64,000 bases of DNA. Origin: an uncultured Spirochaetota bacterium. Its GTDB lineage: Bacteria; Spirochaetota; UBA4802; UBA5550. Below, one piece after another: positions 1 to 12,712 of this stretch. The notes under the pieces are model-generated. The model was not told the origin of the DNA. It did not search any database and saw only the letters and a program-made list of their open reading frames with translations. The position numbers and the translations under genes were made by a program. Location of the stretch: the NCBI GenBank assembly GCA_963827275.1, contig CAWHAA010000010.1, positions 320,001 to 384,000 of the forward strand, in the 5' to 3' direction. Each line of letters opens with the position of its first letter. The stretch's first letter is position 1.

Positions 1-2
1 AA

Positions 3-1019
3 TACAGAAAATACGAGGAAGAATTCGAGGAGCTCGAGATCGAGCTGGCGAAGCTCAGCACCCTCCCCTCAAAAACGATCGACGGGCAGGAGATCTGCAT
101 CTACGGGAACATCGAAATTCCCGACGAGATGAAGATCATCAAGGACCACGGCGCTCAGGGCATCGGCCTGTTCCGCTCCGAGTTCCTGTTCATGGACCAG
201 TCGCTCCCCGACGAGGAGAAGCAGTTCTATGAATACCGGCGCGTTGTCGAATTTTTCAATCCTCTCCCGGTGACCATACGGACCATCGACGTGGGCGCCG
301 ACAAGGTCTATGCGTACACGAACCACTACCGGGAGCGCAATCCCTTCCTGGGGTGCCGCGCCATCCGCTTCAGCCTGGAAAACATGGACCTGTTCAGGAT
401 CCAGCTCCGGGCGATCCTCCGGGCAAGCCACTACGGCAACCTCAAGCTGATGTTCCCGATGATCACGACCATAGAAGAGTTCAAAAAAGCGCGCGGCATC
501 ACCCTTGACGTCATGGAGGAGCTGCGCCGTGAAAAAATACCGTTCGATGAAAAAATCAAGATCGGCCTCATGATCGAGGTGCCCTCCGCCGTGGTGAACG
601 CCGACATTCTGGGCAAGTACGCCGATTTCTTTTCCGTGGGAACGAACGACCTGGTGCAGTACCTTCTCGCGGTCGAGCGCACCAGCGAAAAGATCGCGTA
701 CCTGTATAATCCGCTCAACCTTTCGGTGCTCAGGTTCCTCAAACAGGTGGCCGAGGCCGCGAAGATGAACAAGGTCCATCTTTCCATCTGCGGCGAAATG
801 GCAGGCGAGCCGCAGTACTCTATGGTGCTGCTCGGGCTCGGTTTCCGTCACCTGTCGATGAGCCCCGTCTACATGCACCAGGTCAAGAAGATCGTGCGGT
901 CGGTTTCAATACGGGAGTGCGAGGAGATGGTCGCGTCGCTCTTCGGGCTCGAGGACACGGAAGAGATCGAGGCCCTGGTCAGGAAGAAATTCAAGGAAAA
1001 GTTCGACCAGTCCAGATGA
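3..1019 (+). CDS. ptsI: PEP-protein phosphotransferase (PTS enzyme I), C-terminal part, truncated by window start
   Basis: Frame open from base 3 (YRKYEEEF...GNIEIPDEM); motifs GIGLFRSEFLF, ERNPFLGCRAIR, MIEVPS, GTNDLVQY, CGEMAG. Confidence 0.95.
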   Translation, partial: YRKYEEEFEELEIELAKLSTLPSKTIDGQEICIYGNIEIPDEMKIIKDHGAQGIGLFRSEFLFMDQSLPDEEKQFYEYRRVVEFFNPLPVTIRTIDVGADKVYAYTNHYRERNPFLGCRAIRFSLENMDLFRIQLRAILRASHYGNLKLMFPMITTIEEFKKARGITLDVMEELRREKIPFDEKIKIGLMIEVPSAVVNADILGKYADFFSVGTNDLVQYLLAVERTSEKIAYLYNPLNLSVLRFLKQVAEAAKMNKVHLSICGEMAGEPQYSMVLLGLGFRHLSMSPVYMHQVKKIVRSVSIRECEEMVASLFGLEDTEEIEALVRKKFKEKFDQSR

Positions 1020-1765
1020 AGCTCTACCACGAACTCGCCCGCTCATACTTCTCCATAGAAAAAAACCACCGCGACATCAGGCGCGACGTCGCGTTCATCA
1101 CCGCCCTGCTGAGCGGCAGGCCATCGCCCTCGCTCCTTGACCTCGGGTGCGGCACCGGCGAGCACCTTTCCCTGCTTTCGAAAGAGGGGATCCGCTGCAC
1201 GGGCATCGACAGCAGCGAGGAGATGATCGCCGCGGCCCGGGAGCGCTCACCGCGCGGCATCGACTTCATGCACGCCGACATGTCCGACCTCGCATTTGAA
1301 AACGCTTTTGACATGGTGATCTCGCTCTTCGGCTCGTTCAACTACCTGATAGAGGATGCTGACATCGAATCAACGCTCTTCAAGGTAAAGAGGGCGATGA
1401 AGACGGGAGGCGCGGGCGTGTTCGAGATATGGAATTCCCCTCCCATTAAAAAGATACGGAAAAAGGAGATCGGCCCGGTTTCAACCACCACCCACGACGG
1501 CGCCGTTATCAGGCGCGAGCGCGGGTTCAGCCTCAGGGATGACGCGTTCAAATCGGTCGTGGAAGTCAATTACCGGTATACCGTGCAGGATGGGGGAAGC
1601 ACGAAAACCCTCCGTGACCGCCATGTCATGAGGGCCATGACGGCCGGAGAGATCATGGGGTTTCTCTCGCGTACGGGGTTCACCGTAAAAAATATCTACG
1701 CGAACTTCCTCTCCGAACCCTACCAGGAAAATTCAAACAGGATGGTGGTCCATTTCACGCGGTGA
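1016..1765 (+). CDS. Class I SAM-dependent methyltransferase
   Basis: LLDLGCGTGEH motif I; ATGA overlap with ptsI stop. Confidence 0.9.
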   Translation: MKLYHELARSYFSIEKNHRDIRRDVAFITALLSGRPSPSLLDLGCGTGEHLSLLSKEGIRCTGIDSSEEMIAAARERSPRGIDFMHADMSDLAFENAFDMVISLFGSFNYLIEDADIESTLFKVKRAMKTGGAGVFEIWNSPPIKKIRKKEIGPVSTTTHDGAVIRRERGFSLRDDAFKSVVEVNYRYTVQDGGSTKTLRDRHVMRAMTAGEIMGFLSRTGFTVKNIYANFLSEPYQENSNRMVVHFTR

Positions 1766-1770
1766 CGATG

Positions 1771-4210
<2,440 letters not shown>

Positions 4211-4338
4211 GGCAGACCTTTATGCGCGCCCCGCCCCGCTCCCTCGGCGGAGCGGCGCTGCGCCCTTGTGTAGTGGTACATCGCCGGGACCGTGATGATA
4301 CGCGATCGCGGCGGATGCTGTGCCGGCATACGCCGGCG

Positions 4339-5595
4339 TCAGGCGGTTTTCTCCTCCTCGCGGTAGTGTATTTCCGGTCCCTTCTTCCCCGTGACCATAT
4401 CGCGGGTTATCACTATCTTCGCGATGTTGTTCATCGACGGGATATCGAACATGAGGTCGAGCATCAGCTTCTCGAGGACCGCCCTGAGGCCGCGTGCGCC
4501 GGACTCCCTCGCCATCGACTGGACAGCGATCTCCTCGATCGCGCCCTCGGTGAATTCAAGCTCGACTTCCTCGAAGGAGAATATCTTCTTGTATTGCTTC
4601 GTGAAGGCGTTCATCGGCTCGGTGAGTATCCGGATCAGCGCCCCCTTGCTCAGCTCGTCAAGCACCGCGACGACCGGGAGCCTGCCGACGAACTCGGGTA
4701 TGAGCCCGTACTTGATCAGGTCTTCCGGGATCAGGTTGCGCAATTCATTCGTCCCGGTGTCTTCTTTCTTCGACTTGATCTCGGCGCCAAAGCCGAGCAT
4801 CTTGTTCCCGATCCGCCTCTCGACGAGCTTGTCGAGGCCCACGAAGGCCCCGCCGCATATGAACAGTATGTTAACGGTGTTTATCGATATGAATTCCTGA
4901 TGGGGGTGCTTGCGCCCGCCCTGCGGGGGCACGTTCGCGATCGTGCCTTCGATGATCTTCAGCAGCGCCTGCTGCACGCCCTCACCGGACACGTCGCGCG
5001 TGATCGAGGGGTTGTCCGACTTCTTGGATATCTTGTCGATCTCGTCGATATAGACGATGCCGATCTCCGCCTTCTTCACGTCGCCGTCGGCGTTCTGTAT
5101 CAGCCGCAGCAGGATGTTCTCGACGTCTTCACCGACATAGCCCGCTTCGGTGAGCGAGGTGGCGTCCGCAATGGCGAACGGCACCTGGAGTATCCGCGCC
5201 AGCGTCTGCGCCAGGAGCGTTTTTCCCGAGCCGGTGGGCCCGGCGAGGAGGATGTTGCTCTTGTCCAGCTCCACGTCGTTCTTTTTCAGGTTCTTGTTGG
5301 AATAGATCCTCTTGTAGTGGTTGTACACCGCCACGGCGAGGATTTTCTTGGCCTCATCCTGGTCGATGACATACTTGTCGAGTATCTCCTTGATCTCTTT
5401 GGGCTTCGGCAGGTTGTGGAAGTCTTCCTCGAACGCCTTGCTCCGGTCCTCCGCGACGATCTCGTTGCACAATTCTATGCATTCGTCGCAGATATAGACG
5501 TCGGGGCCCGCGACGAGCTTTTTGACGATGTCCTGGCTCTTCCCGCAAAAGGAGCAGTTGAGTTTGGCGGTTTCTTCTTTCTTTTTTGAAGACAT
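4339..5595 (-). CDS. clpX: ATP-dependent Clp protease ATP-binding subunit ClpX
   Basis: [15 protein letters not shown] zinc finger, [25 protein letters not shown] loop. Confidence 0.98.
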   Translation of the reverse strand: MSSKKKEETAKLNCSFCGKSQDIVKKLVAGPDVYICDECIELCNEIVAEDRSKAFEEDFHNLPKPKEIKEILDKYVIDQDEAKKILAVAVYNHYKRIYSNKNLKKNDVELDKSNILLAGPTGSGKTLLAQTLARILQVPFAIADATSLTEAGYVGEDVENILLRLIQNADGDVKKAEIGIVYIDEIDKISKKSDNPSITRDVSGEGVQQALLKIIEGTIANVPPQGGRKHPHQEFISINTVNILFICGGAFVGLDKLVERRIGNKMLGFGAEIKSKKEDTGTNELRNLIPEDLIKYGLIPEFVGRLPVVAVLDELSKGALIRILTEPMNAFTKQYKKIFSFEEVELEFTEGAIEEIAVQSMARESGARGLRAVLEKLMLDLMFDIPSMNNIAKIVITRDMVTGKKGPEIHYREEEKTA

Positions 5596-5606
5596 TTCAC
5601 TCCTCC

Positions 5607-6191
5607 CTACTTGCTGCGTTCGATCACTTTGTCGATGAGGCCGTAATCCATCGCTTCCTGCGACGACATGAAATAGTCGCGGTCAACGTCCTTCTCTATC
5701 TTCTCGACCGGCTGCCCCGTGTGGTGCGCGTAAATGTCATTCAGCTTTTTCTTCACCTTGATGATCTCTTTCGCCTGTATCTCGATGTCCGAGGCCTGGC
5801 CCTGGAACCCGCCCGCGGGCTGGTGGATCATGATCCTCGAGTTCGGGAGGGCGGAGCGCTTTCCCTTGGCGCCGGCCGCCAGGAGGAGCGAGCCCATCGA
5901 AGCCGCCTGGCCGATGCAGATGGTCGCGACATCCGGCTTGATGTACTGCATGGTGTCGTAAATCGCCATGCCCGAGGTGACAATGCCCCCGGGGGAATTG
6001 ATATACAGGTAGATGTCCTTGTCCGGGTCCTCCGCCTCAAGGAACAGCATCTGCGCAATCACCAGGCTTGAAATATGATCGTCTATAGATTCCCCGAGAA
6101 AAATGATCCGGTCTTTTAGAAGCCGCGAATAAATGTCGTATGATCGTTCTCCCCGGCTGGTCTGTTCTATGACAAATGGCACTAAACTCAT
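5607..6191 (-). CDS. clpP: ATP-dependent Clp protease proteolytic subunit
   Basis: [51 protein letters not shown]. Confidence 0.98.
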   Translation of the reverse strand: MSLVPFVIEQTSRGERSYDIYSRLLKDRIIFLGESIDDHISSLVIAQMLFLEAEDPDKDIYLYINSPGGIVTSGMAIYDTMQYIKPDVATICIGQAASMGSLLLAAGAKGKRSALPNSRIMIHQPAGGFQGQASDIEIQAKEIIKVKKKLNDIYAHHTGQPVEKIEKDVDRDYFMSSQEAMDYGLIDKVIERSK

Positions 6192-6401
6192 GTTGCGGTC
6201 ACCTCGAAAGTTGATTTGGCCTGGCCGGGCGCCGCCGCGCGGGACCCGCACCGCCATGGCAATTATAAAACACGTATCTATTTAGAATCCACTAAATTAA
6301 TATAGTTACACTGTTTTATATTATTTACTTTTAATTTCGGCAGAACGATCGGATTCTCAGCATCCATTTTTGCAGAATAGTAACTATACATTGCAAATTA
6401 A

Positions 6402-6430
6402 AATATACATCAAAATGAGACATATATCAA
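6402..6430 (-). promoter_or_regulatory. Putative sigma70 promoter for clpP-clpX-lon
   Basis: TTGATA-17 nt-TATATT on minus strand in AT-rich gap. Confidence 0.5.
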
Positions 6431-6471
6431 GCAATTAATTGACGTGCCTGCCAAAAAAAGGCCCGCGGCTG

Positions 6472-7819
6472 CTACCGCCGGCCCCTGTTCCGCGTGAATT
6501 CCTCGAAGGTGATCGGCTTCAGCTTTTTGATCTTCGCGTTTTCATAGATAAAATCCATCGCGCCGTCAAGAAGGAGCTCCGTCTCGATGCTGCCCCGCGA
6601 ATCATTGTCGGTGATGATCTTTTCGATCTCCTCGACGGTCTTGTTGTTCCGCTTGGCGATGCTCTCCACCACCTCTTTGTATTTCGCCTCGTCGACCTTC
6701 ATCTCCTCTTTCCGGTAAATTTCAGAAAGCGCGAGCGTGGTCTTTATCGTCTGGCTCGCTTCCTGGCGGAGCTGGTCGGCAAAGGCCGACGGCTCGATGC
6801 CCATGAGCGTGGCAAACTCCTCGATATTGTTCGATTGATAACCGACGCTGTCGCAGGTCTTCTTGAAGAGGCGGTCCATTTCTCCGAGTATCATCGATTC
6901 GGGGATCTCGAACTTGCTGTCCTCGACGATCTGCTTGAGTATCTGCGCCTTCGCGTCGCCCTTCGTCTTTTCAAGAACGAATTTTTCCAGGTACTCCCTC
7001 GTCTTCACCGTGAACTCGCCGATGGTCTGGTAGCCCAGCTTTGCGGCGAACTCGTCGTTCAGCTCGGGAAGCTCCATGCTGTTCAGCGCGGCTATTTTTA
7101 CAAGGTAGGTCACCTTCTGCCCCGCAAGGTCGGCGATGTAGTAGTCTTTCGGATATTTTACCTCGACCTCTTTTTCTTCGTCGATCTTCATGCCCGCGAT
7201 GTGCTTGTCCAGGGCGGAATCATCCGTGCTCCTGCCGACGACTATCTGGTACTCCTTGAAATCAAGCGTTTCACGCTTCGATTCCTCGACATCATCGATC
7301 CGCTTCACCTTCAGGTTGACCATGTCGCCGTTCTCCACGACCGCGTCATCCGGCTTCTTGTCGATCTTCGCGAAACGCTCGCGTATCGCGTTTATCTCTG
7401 AATCGACGCTCGTATCGTCGATCGCGCACACCTGCTCGTCAGCCGACAACCCCTTGTATTTGCCGAGCTCGATGGAGGGAGGCATTTCAAACGTCGCCTT
7501 GAATGAAAACGGCTCATCACGGGAAATTTTATCGAACTGGTACTTCGGGAAGGCTATCGGGGTGAGCTGTTTCTCCTCAACGGCCTCGTAAAAAGCCGGA
7601 GCGCAGGAGGTTTTCAGCCACCTCCTGGTCGGCCTCGCTTTTAAAGCGGGCCTCAACCATCGGCAGGGGGGCTTTCCCTTTCCTGAAGCCGTCAATCTTG
7701 ACGATATCCTTGAGCTTGTTGAATACCGCCTGGTATTCGGTTTCAACCTGTTCAACCGGCACATCTATCTGCAATTCCATGGTCGCGTTTTCAAGCTTTT
7801 TCTCGGTGATGTTCAGCAT
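6472..7819 (-). CDS. tig: Trigger factor (one +1 frameshift at ~7598)
   Basis: IDGFRKGKAP signature in ORF 7577..7930 continues into FKBP/C-terminal domains of ORF 6472..7764; canonical position upstream of clpP. Confidence 0.95.
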
Positions 7820-7963
7820 GTACGTCCTCGTGATTTTTTTATTATTTATATCCTGCGTGGCGCACGGCGATGCCGCTTGTTCCGTGCAAATTATATCAAA
7901 TATTTGACCGTTGATTTTTGAGTCAAACATTTTTTTACAAAACGTCTATATTGTTTAATATAG

Positions 7964-8007
7964 AAAATAAAAAAGCCACCCATTATTGTTGCAATATGGG
8001 TGGCTTC
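7964..8007 (-). terminator. Rho-independent terminator after tRNA pair
   Basis: AGCCACCCAT..ATGGGTGGCT stem followed by T-run on minus strand. Confidence 0.7.
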
Positions 8008-8012
8008 TACTG

Positions 8013-8084
<72 letters not shown>

Positions 8085-8089
8085 AGAAT

Positions 8090-8171
8090 TGCGAGCGAAG
8101 GGAATCGAACCCCCACGCCTTTCGGCACTAGATCCTAAGTCTAGCGTGTCTGCCAGTTCCACCACGCTCGC
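8090..8171 (-). tRNA. tRNA-Leu(TAG)
   Basis: GCGAGCGTGGTGGAACTGGCAGAC...CTAGA CT TAG GA TCTAG, long variable arm, GGTTCGATTCC. Confidence 0.95.
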
Positions 8172-8223
8172 ATGGGAGAACTTCGACAACTATGATTCGA
8201 CCCCCCTAAATTACAAGTTTTTT

Positions 8224-8457
8224 TTATTTATGACAGCCGGCTCCCACGCATGTGGCGCCCTTTTCAAGAGCGGCGAGGTTCTGGCCCTTTTTCTTTTCAA
8301 TTTTGGCCGCAGTATGGCAATATCCGCAATTGACAGCCTTGCCGTCTTTCTTCTTGCCGGCATGCTTTTTCATGATAGCCGGGTTCGCCATAATGCTGGC
8401 CGCTGAAAAAGCAACGATCATTATCAGGGCTGAGCAAAAGAGATAGAATTTTCTCAT
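8224..8457 (-). CDS. Small secreted c-type cytochrome, putative di-heme (CxxCH + CxxxxCH)
   Basis: Signal peptide; CGYCH and CVGAGCH; GAAGGAG RBS; own promoter. Confidence 0.75.
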   Translation of the reverse strand: MRKFYLFCSALIMIVAFSAASIMANPAIMKKHAGKKKDGKAVNCGYCHTAAKIEKKKGQNLAALEKGATCVGAGCHK

Positions 8458-8489
8458 TGAAATCTCCTTCGATATTTAATTTAATGTAA

Positions 8490-8518
8490 AAAGTACAGAT
8501 GATGTCTGTTCGAGTCAA
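8490..8518 (-). promoter_or_regulatory. Putative sigma70 promoter of the small cytochrome gene
   Basis: TTGACT-17 nt-TACTTT. Confidence 0.5.
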
Positions 8519-8617
8519 TAAAAAATTTTGATTTTTACACTATTTCACACGGCAGCCTGCAGGCATACATCTCCCCGGCGCCCCCGGGGAGATTGACGCG
8601 GGGATCAATAACACTCT

Positions 8618-9346
8618 ATGAAACTGAAAATACTCTACGAAGACAACCATCTCATCGCGGTGGACAAGGAGGCCGGTGTTCTTTCACAGAAAGACAGCTC
8701 CGGCGTGCCCTCGCTGACCGAGCTGGTGAAGGACTACATAAAGGAAAAATACAGGAAGCCGGGTGCGGTCTTCCTCGGGCCGGTGCACCGGCTGGACAGG
8801 CCGGTTTCGGGCATCATCCTGTTCGCGCGGACCTCGAAGGCGGCGGAGCGCATGCAGAAGGAGTTTGCCGGCCGAAGCGTAGTAAAGATCTATCTGGCCC
8901 TGGTCGAGGGAGGGAAACGCCCCGGGCATGGCGCCTGGACGGAGTGCGAGGACCGCCTGGTGAAAAAAAGAGGATTTTCCGAGAAAGAAAGTGCGGGGAG
9001 CCGGAACGTAAAGACCGCGCGTTTGAAGTTCACGGCCGTCGCGTCGAATGAGCGGTACGATCTCCTCCTGGTCAGCCTCCTGACCGGCAGGAAGCACCAG
9101 ATCAGGGCCCAGCTCGCCCTGCAGGGGATGCCGATCGTCGGGGACGCGGCGTACGGGTCGCGCGAACCGGTCGCGGACGGTTCGATATGCCTGCACTCCT
9201 ATTTCATGCGGTTCACGCACCCCACCCTTCGCGGGCCCGTTGAGATTTTTTCGGCAATACCCGGGCGGATAACCGACCGGATCGGCACCGACGAAAGCCT
9301 CCTGAGGAACATTGCGGGCGGGGTCCGCGCGTCAGCGTCGGGGTAG
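8618..9346 (+). CDS. RluA-family pseudouridine synthase
   Basis: ILYEDNHLIAVDK, HRLDRPVSG, TGRKHQIR, PIVGD. Confidence 0.95.
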   Translation: MKLKILYEDNHLIAVDKEAGVLSQKDSSGVPSLTELVKDYIKEKYRKPGAVFLGPVHRLDRPVSGIILFARTSKAAERMQKEFAGRSVVKIYLALVEGGKRPGHGAWTECEDRLVKKRGFSEKESAGSRNVKTARLKFTAVASNERYDLLLVSLLTGRKHQIRAQLALQGMPIVGDAAYGSREPVADGSICLHSYFMRFTHPTLRGPVEIFSAIPGRITDRIGTDESLLRNIAGGVRASASG

Positions 9347-9356
9347 CACGGGCAAT

Positions 9357-9782
9357 TTACAGGTGATAGTCGCCGGCCGCCTCCGGCTGATAGAGGATCC
9401 CCTCGATCTTGAAAGACTTTTCCCCTGCCGGGACGTCCCAGGAAATCACATCGCCCGCGCGATATCCGAGCACGGCCGCCCCCACCGGCGAGAGCACCGA
9501 TATTTTTCCGCTGTCAAAATCGGCTTCCTCCGGAAAGACAAGCGTAAATTCGCGCGGATCATCCGCCGTATCAAGGTCTTTCAGCCAGAACGTGGAATTC
9601 ATGGTCACCACATCAGGCGCAATCTTCTCCGGGTCCATTTTTTCAGCCCTGGCAAGTTCAAAGGAGAGTTTTGATATCGTCCCCCCGCCCTTGCCCTGAC
9701 CGCCCGGCGCATATGAGCCAATGAGGTTTTTCAGCCTCGTATAGTCAAATTTTGTGATAAAAATTTCTTTCTGACGTGCCAT
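9357..9782 (-). CDS. rnk: Regulator of nucleoside diphosphate kinase (GreA/GreB family)
   Basis: DVVTMNS, TLVFPEEAD, ISVLSPVGAAVLG, YQPEAAG. Confidence 0.9.
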   Translation of the reverse strand: MARQKEIFITKFDYTRLKNLIGSYAPGGQGKGGGTISKLSFELARAEKMDPEKIAPDVVTMNSTFWLKDLDTADDPREFTLVFPEEADFDSGKISVLSPVGAAVLGYRAGDVISWDVPAGEKSFKIEGILYQPEAAGDYHL

Positions 9783-9885
9783 GGGTGCGCCTCCCTGCTC
9801 TTATGTAATTGATCGTTGTGATTTGAGATAAACTCGCGCCGGAAAATCTAGCGGAATGATATACGTTGAATTATGTTCTGATACT

Positions 9886-9914
9886 AATATAACCCATCTA
9901 TCTTAAAAAGTCAA
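9886..9914 (-). promoter_or_regulatory. Putative sigma70 promoter of rnk
   Basis: TTGACT-17 nt-TATATT. Confidence 0.5.
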
Positions 9915-9961
9915 GTAGCGGCGTGGGCGGCCCCAACAGCCGCCCACGGAGAACAACCGCA

Positions 9962-12460
9962 TCACTTCGGCTCCAGCACCAGCGCATCGCGGTACTGGGC
10001 CTTCACCGCGTCGGCCCCGAAGGGGAGCGGATGGTTCCGCCCGTTGAGCCAGTAGTCCAGCATGGTATCGTAATGCCCGCTCGACGGGTTTCCCGACTGC
10101 CCCGGCACGCCAACCAGCATCGCCGGCTCCGCGAGGCCGAAGTCCACCACCAGGCGCATGGCGGGGATCAGCGACACGTCGAAATTTTCGCCCACCATGA
10201 ACGACGTCACGTTGACCGTATTGCCGTCGCCGCTCGCGGGATACGGCCCGCGGTTGAAATACCCGTGGAACACCGGCAGCTGCTTCGTGAAATCATGGGT
10301 CCACTTGTACGCATGGAGCCTTCCCCACCGCCACTGCTCCCTGGCGTACCCCATCCGCTCCTCGCAGAGCAGGATTGACTTCTGCAACGATTCTGCAATG
10401 ATGTCCCACTTGGTCTCCTTCCGCCCGGTCGTCACGTTGTCCCAGAACGGCGAATTCTCCCTGCCGAGGATGTGGTCCTGCTGAGGGGAATACCCGGCGA
10501 AGGATTCAAACTTTAACGCCTCCCAGAGCATGCCGCTGTCCGGCCCGAGCTCGTCCAGGAACGTTTCCCGCGACGCACAGTGGATGAACGCGCCCATCAC
10601 CGCCGCGTTTGCGGAGTCGCGGTCCATCACCGCGTTGAACTTCTTCGGGTCAAGTCTGTTCACCGCCTCGAGCGCCCTCCCCCTTCGCCGGCCGTCCCAG
10701 CCCATGATGACGTTGCGTATATTCCACGCCGGGTCGCCGAGACAGAGCATGTCCTGGATCTTTTTCGCAAAGAGCGAATAGTGGTCGAACTGCAGCCGCA
10801 TCATGTCCTCCACCGTGGCCCCCTTCATGGGGCCGAGCACCTGGGTAATCCGCTCCGCGCGCTCCGGGCGCTCCCAGCTTGATGAAAGATGGTACGGATA
10901 TCCCCTGTCCACGGTCCGGTTGTTGGCCGTGACGATGGTGCCGGACGCGGGATTTTCCGAATGCGGATTCATCGCCATGGGAAGGTACCCCGTCCAGTCA
11001 TATTCGCCGGTCCACCCCGGCGACGGGAGCTGCCCGGTCCCCTTTTTACGCAGCGGGAATTTTCCCGTGACCTGCCAGCCGATGGAGCCGGCATCGCCGT
11101 AGACGACATTGAGGAAAATGCTCTCCACTCCCATCACGGCAGGGCGCAGCTCCGCGGCGCTCCGCACGCTCCCGAGGCTCAGGAACCCGTTAAAATCCCT
11201 CTCACCGCTGCCCAGGCCCCATGAGATGGCAAACCCGTACTCCGACTTGACCGGGAGCGGCTGGACGGGCATGAGCGGCGGGAACGGCATGGCGGCCAGC
11301 GCTTCGTTGAGCAGGGGGCCGTGTATCGTCGAGAGTATGTCTTTATGTATGTCTTTGCCGCCCCGCACGCTGAATTTCTCCCTGCGGACCTGCACCGGGA
11401 CCCATTGGCCCCTGTACTGGTAGCAGGTTTTGCCGTCGATGACCTTGAGCTTTTCAATAAATATGTCCTGGTTGTCCGCCATGACCATGGTAGCGCCCCA
11501 TGCCACGCGGCCGTTGTAGCCGAGGGCGATAATCGGTATGCCGGGGGCGGTGACGCCCGCCGCCTCGTAGGTGGGGCACTTCAGGTGCATCACCACCCAG
11601 GCGTTGGGCATAAGGTCCTCCAGGTGCGTGTCATTGCAGACGATCGGCCTGCCGCTCTTCGTCTTCATGCCGGAAAGCGCCCAGTTATTTGACGCGGGCA
11701 GGCTCAGCGGCATGATCCCGGACAGGCCGTCCCGCACCCCGCTCCACCCCGCCGCCAGGGTGTTCAGCCCGCGCGGATCTACGCCGGCGAGTTTTCCCGC
11801 CTCCCCGAACGGCAGGTCCTCGTCGGGGTAGATCGGCATGAGCCATGCGGCTTTTTCATATCCGACCCTGCCCGACAGGTTCAGGAAATCGAGTTCCTCG
11901 ATAAAATTTGATGAAAGGCTCAGCGTTAGCGCGGCGAATACATAGAGCGAATCAGCCTGCTTCCAGGGCTCCGGCCGGTACCGGGTCAAGAAAAATTCGG
12001 CCGGCAGGTCCGCGTGGGATTCGATGTAAGCGTTCACGCCCCTCGAATAGCTCTCCAGCACCCTGAGCGAACGCGCGTCCATTTTCTTCATTGCCCCCTC
12101 GATAACGGCGCGCGCCCCGAGGGTCCGCATGAAGAGGTCTATCTGCATCCCGTCCTCACCGAGGATCTCCGACATCCTCCCCTGCATCACCATTTTCATC
12201 ATCGTCATCTGCCACAGCCGGTCCGACGCGGTAGCATACCCCGCGGCAAAGAACAGGTCGTCCTCGTTATTCGCCTCGATATACGGGACGCCCAGCGCGT
12301 CACGCCGGATGGTCACGCGGCTCCCGATGCCTGGAATTTGTACTGTTCCCGTTGCGTTATCAACAGACCTGTCGAACTGTCTCTTGACGCAACTATCCGC
12401 CGCGAATAAAAGGCAGGCTATGGCGGCCAGGCTTATTACGATGATTAATATTTTTTTCAT
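9962..12460 (-). CDS. Penicillin acylase family (Ntn-hydrolase; acyl-homoserine lactone acylase-like)
   Basis: RRDALGVPYI, DRLWQM, SNNW nucleophile, NDTHL, GQSGNP; N-terminal signal/TM. Confidence 0.93.
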   Translation of the reverse strand: MKKILIIVISLAAIACLLFAADSCVKRQFDRSVDNATGTVQIPGIGSRVTIRRDALGVPYIEANNEDDLFFAAGYATASDRLWQMTMMKMVMQGRMSEILGEDGMQIDLFMRTLGARAVIEGAMKKMDARSLRVLESYSRGVNAYIESHADLPAEFFLTRYRPEPWKQADSLYVFAALTLSLSSNFIEELDFLNLSGRVGYEKAAWLMPIYPDEDLPFGEAGKLAGVDPRGLNTLAAGWSGVRDGLSGIMPLSLPASNNWALSGMKTKSGRPIVCNDTHLEDLMPNAWVVMHLKCPTYEAAGVTAPGIPIIALGYNGRVAWGATMVMADNQDIFIEKLKVIDGKTCYQYRGQWVPVQVRREKFSVRGGKDIHKDILSTIHGPLLNEALAAMPFPPLMPVQPLPVKSEYGFAISWGLGSGERDFNGFLSLGSVRSAAELRPAVMGVESIFLNVVYGDAGSIGWQVTGKFPLRKKGTGQLPSPGWTGEYDWTGYLPMAMNPHSENPASGTIVTANNRTVDRGYPYHLSSSWERPERAERITQVLGPMKGATVEDMMRLQFDHYSLFAKKIQDMLCLGDPAWNIRNVIMGWDGRRRGRALEAVNRLDPKKFNAVMDRDSANAAVMGAFIHCASRETFLDELGPDSGMLWEALKFESFAGYSPQQDHILGRENSPFWDNVTTGRKETKWDIIAESLQKSILLCEERMGYAREQWRWGRLHAYKWTHDFTKQLPVFHGYFNRGPYPASGDGNTVNVTSFMVGENFDVSLIPAMRLVVDFGLAEPAMLVGVPGQSGNPSSGHYDTMLDYWLNGRNHPLPFGADAVKAQYRDALVLEPK

Positions 12461-12712
12461 GGCATTACTCCGTACAACAGGATATAAAGGCGCGGTCCTT
12501 ATGCAGACTGTCATGGATTTATTAAAATAAATCAAGACAATTTAATGCCGGATCGCGGGTTATACCATGTGCAATACGTGATTGCGCAAAACTGGCTTGA
12601 CAAATGCCGATTATAATGCTTATTTAAAATACAAGCATACAGGGAAGTTATTCACGGCCCCCGGGGCCGGTGTCTGGGATCCCCTGCATTACAGGGACGG
12701 AGATTGCGTGCA

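Noticed and set aside
6260..6440. CIRCE or CtsR heat-shock operator upstream of clpP
   Set aside because: Neither consensus is present; TATAGTTAC/GTAACTATA arms are ~70 nt apart in AT-rich DNA and may be chance
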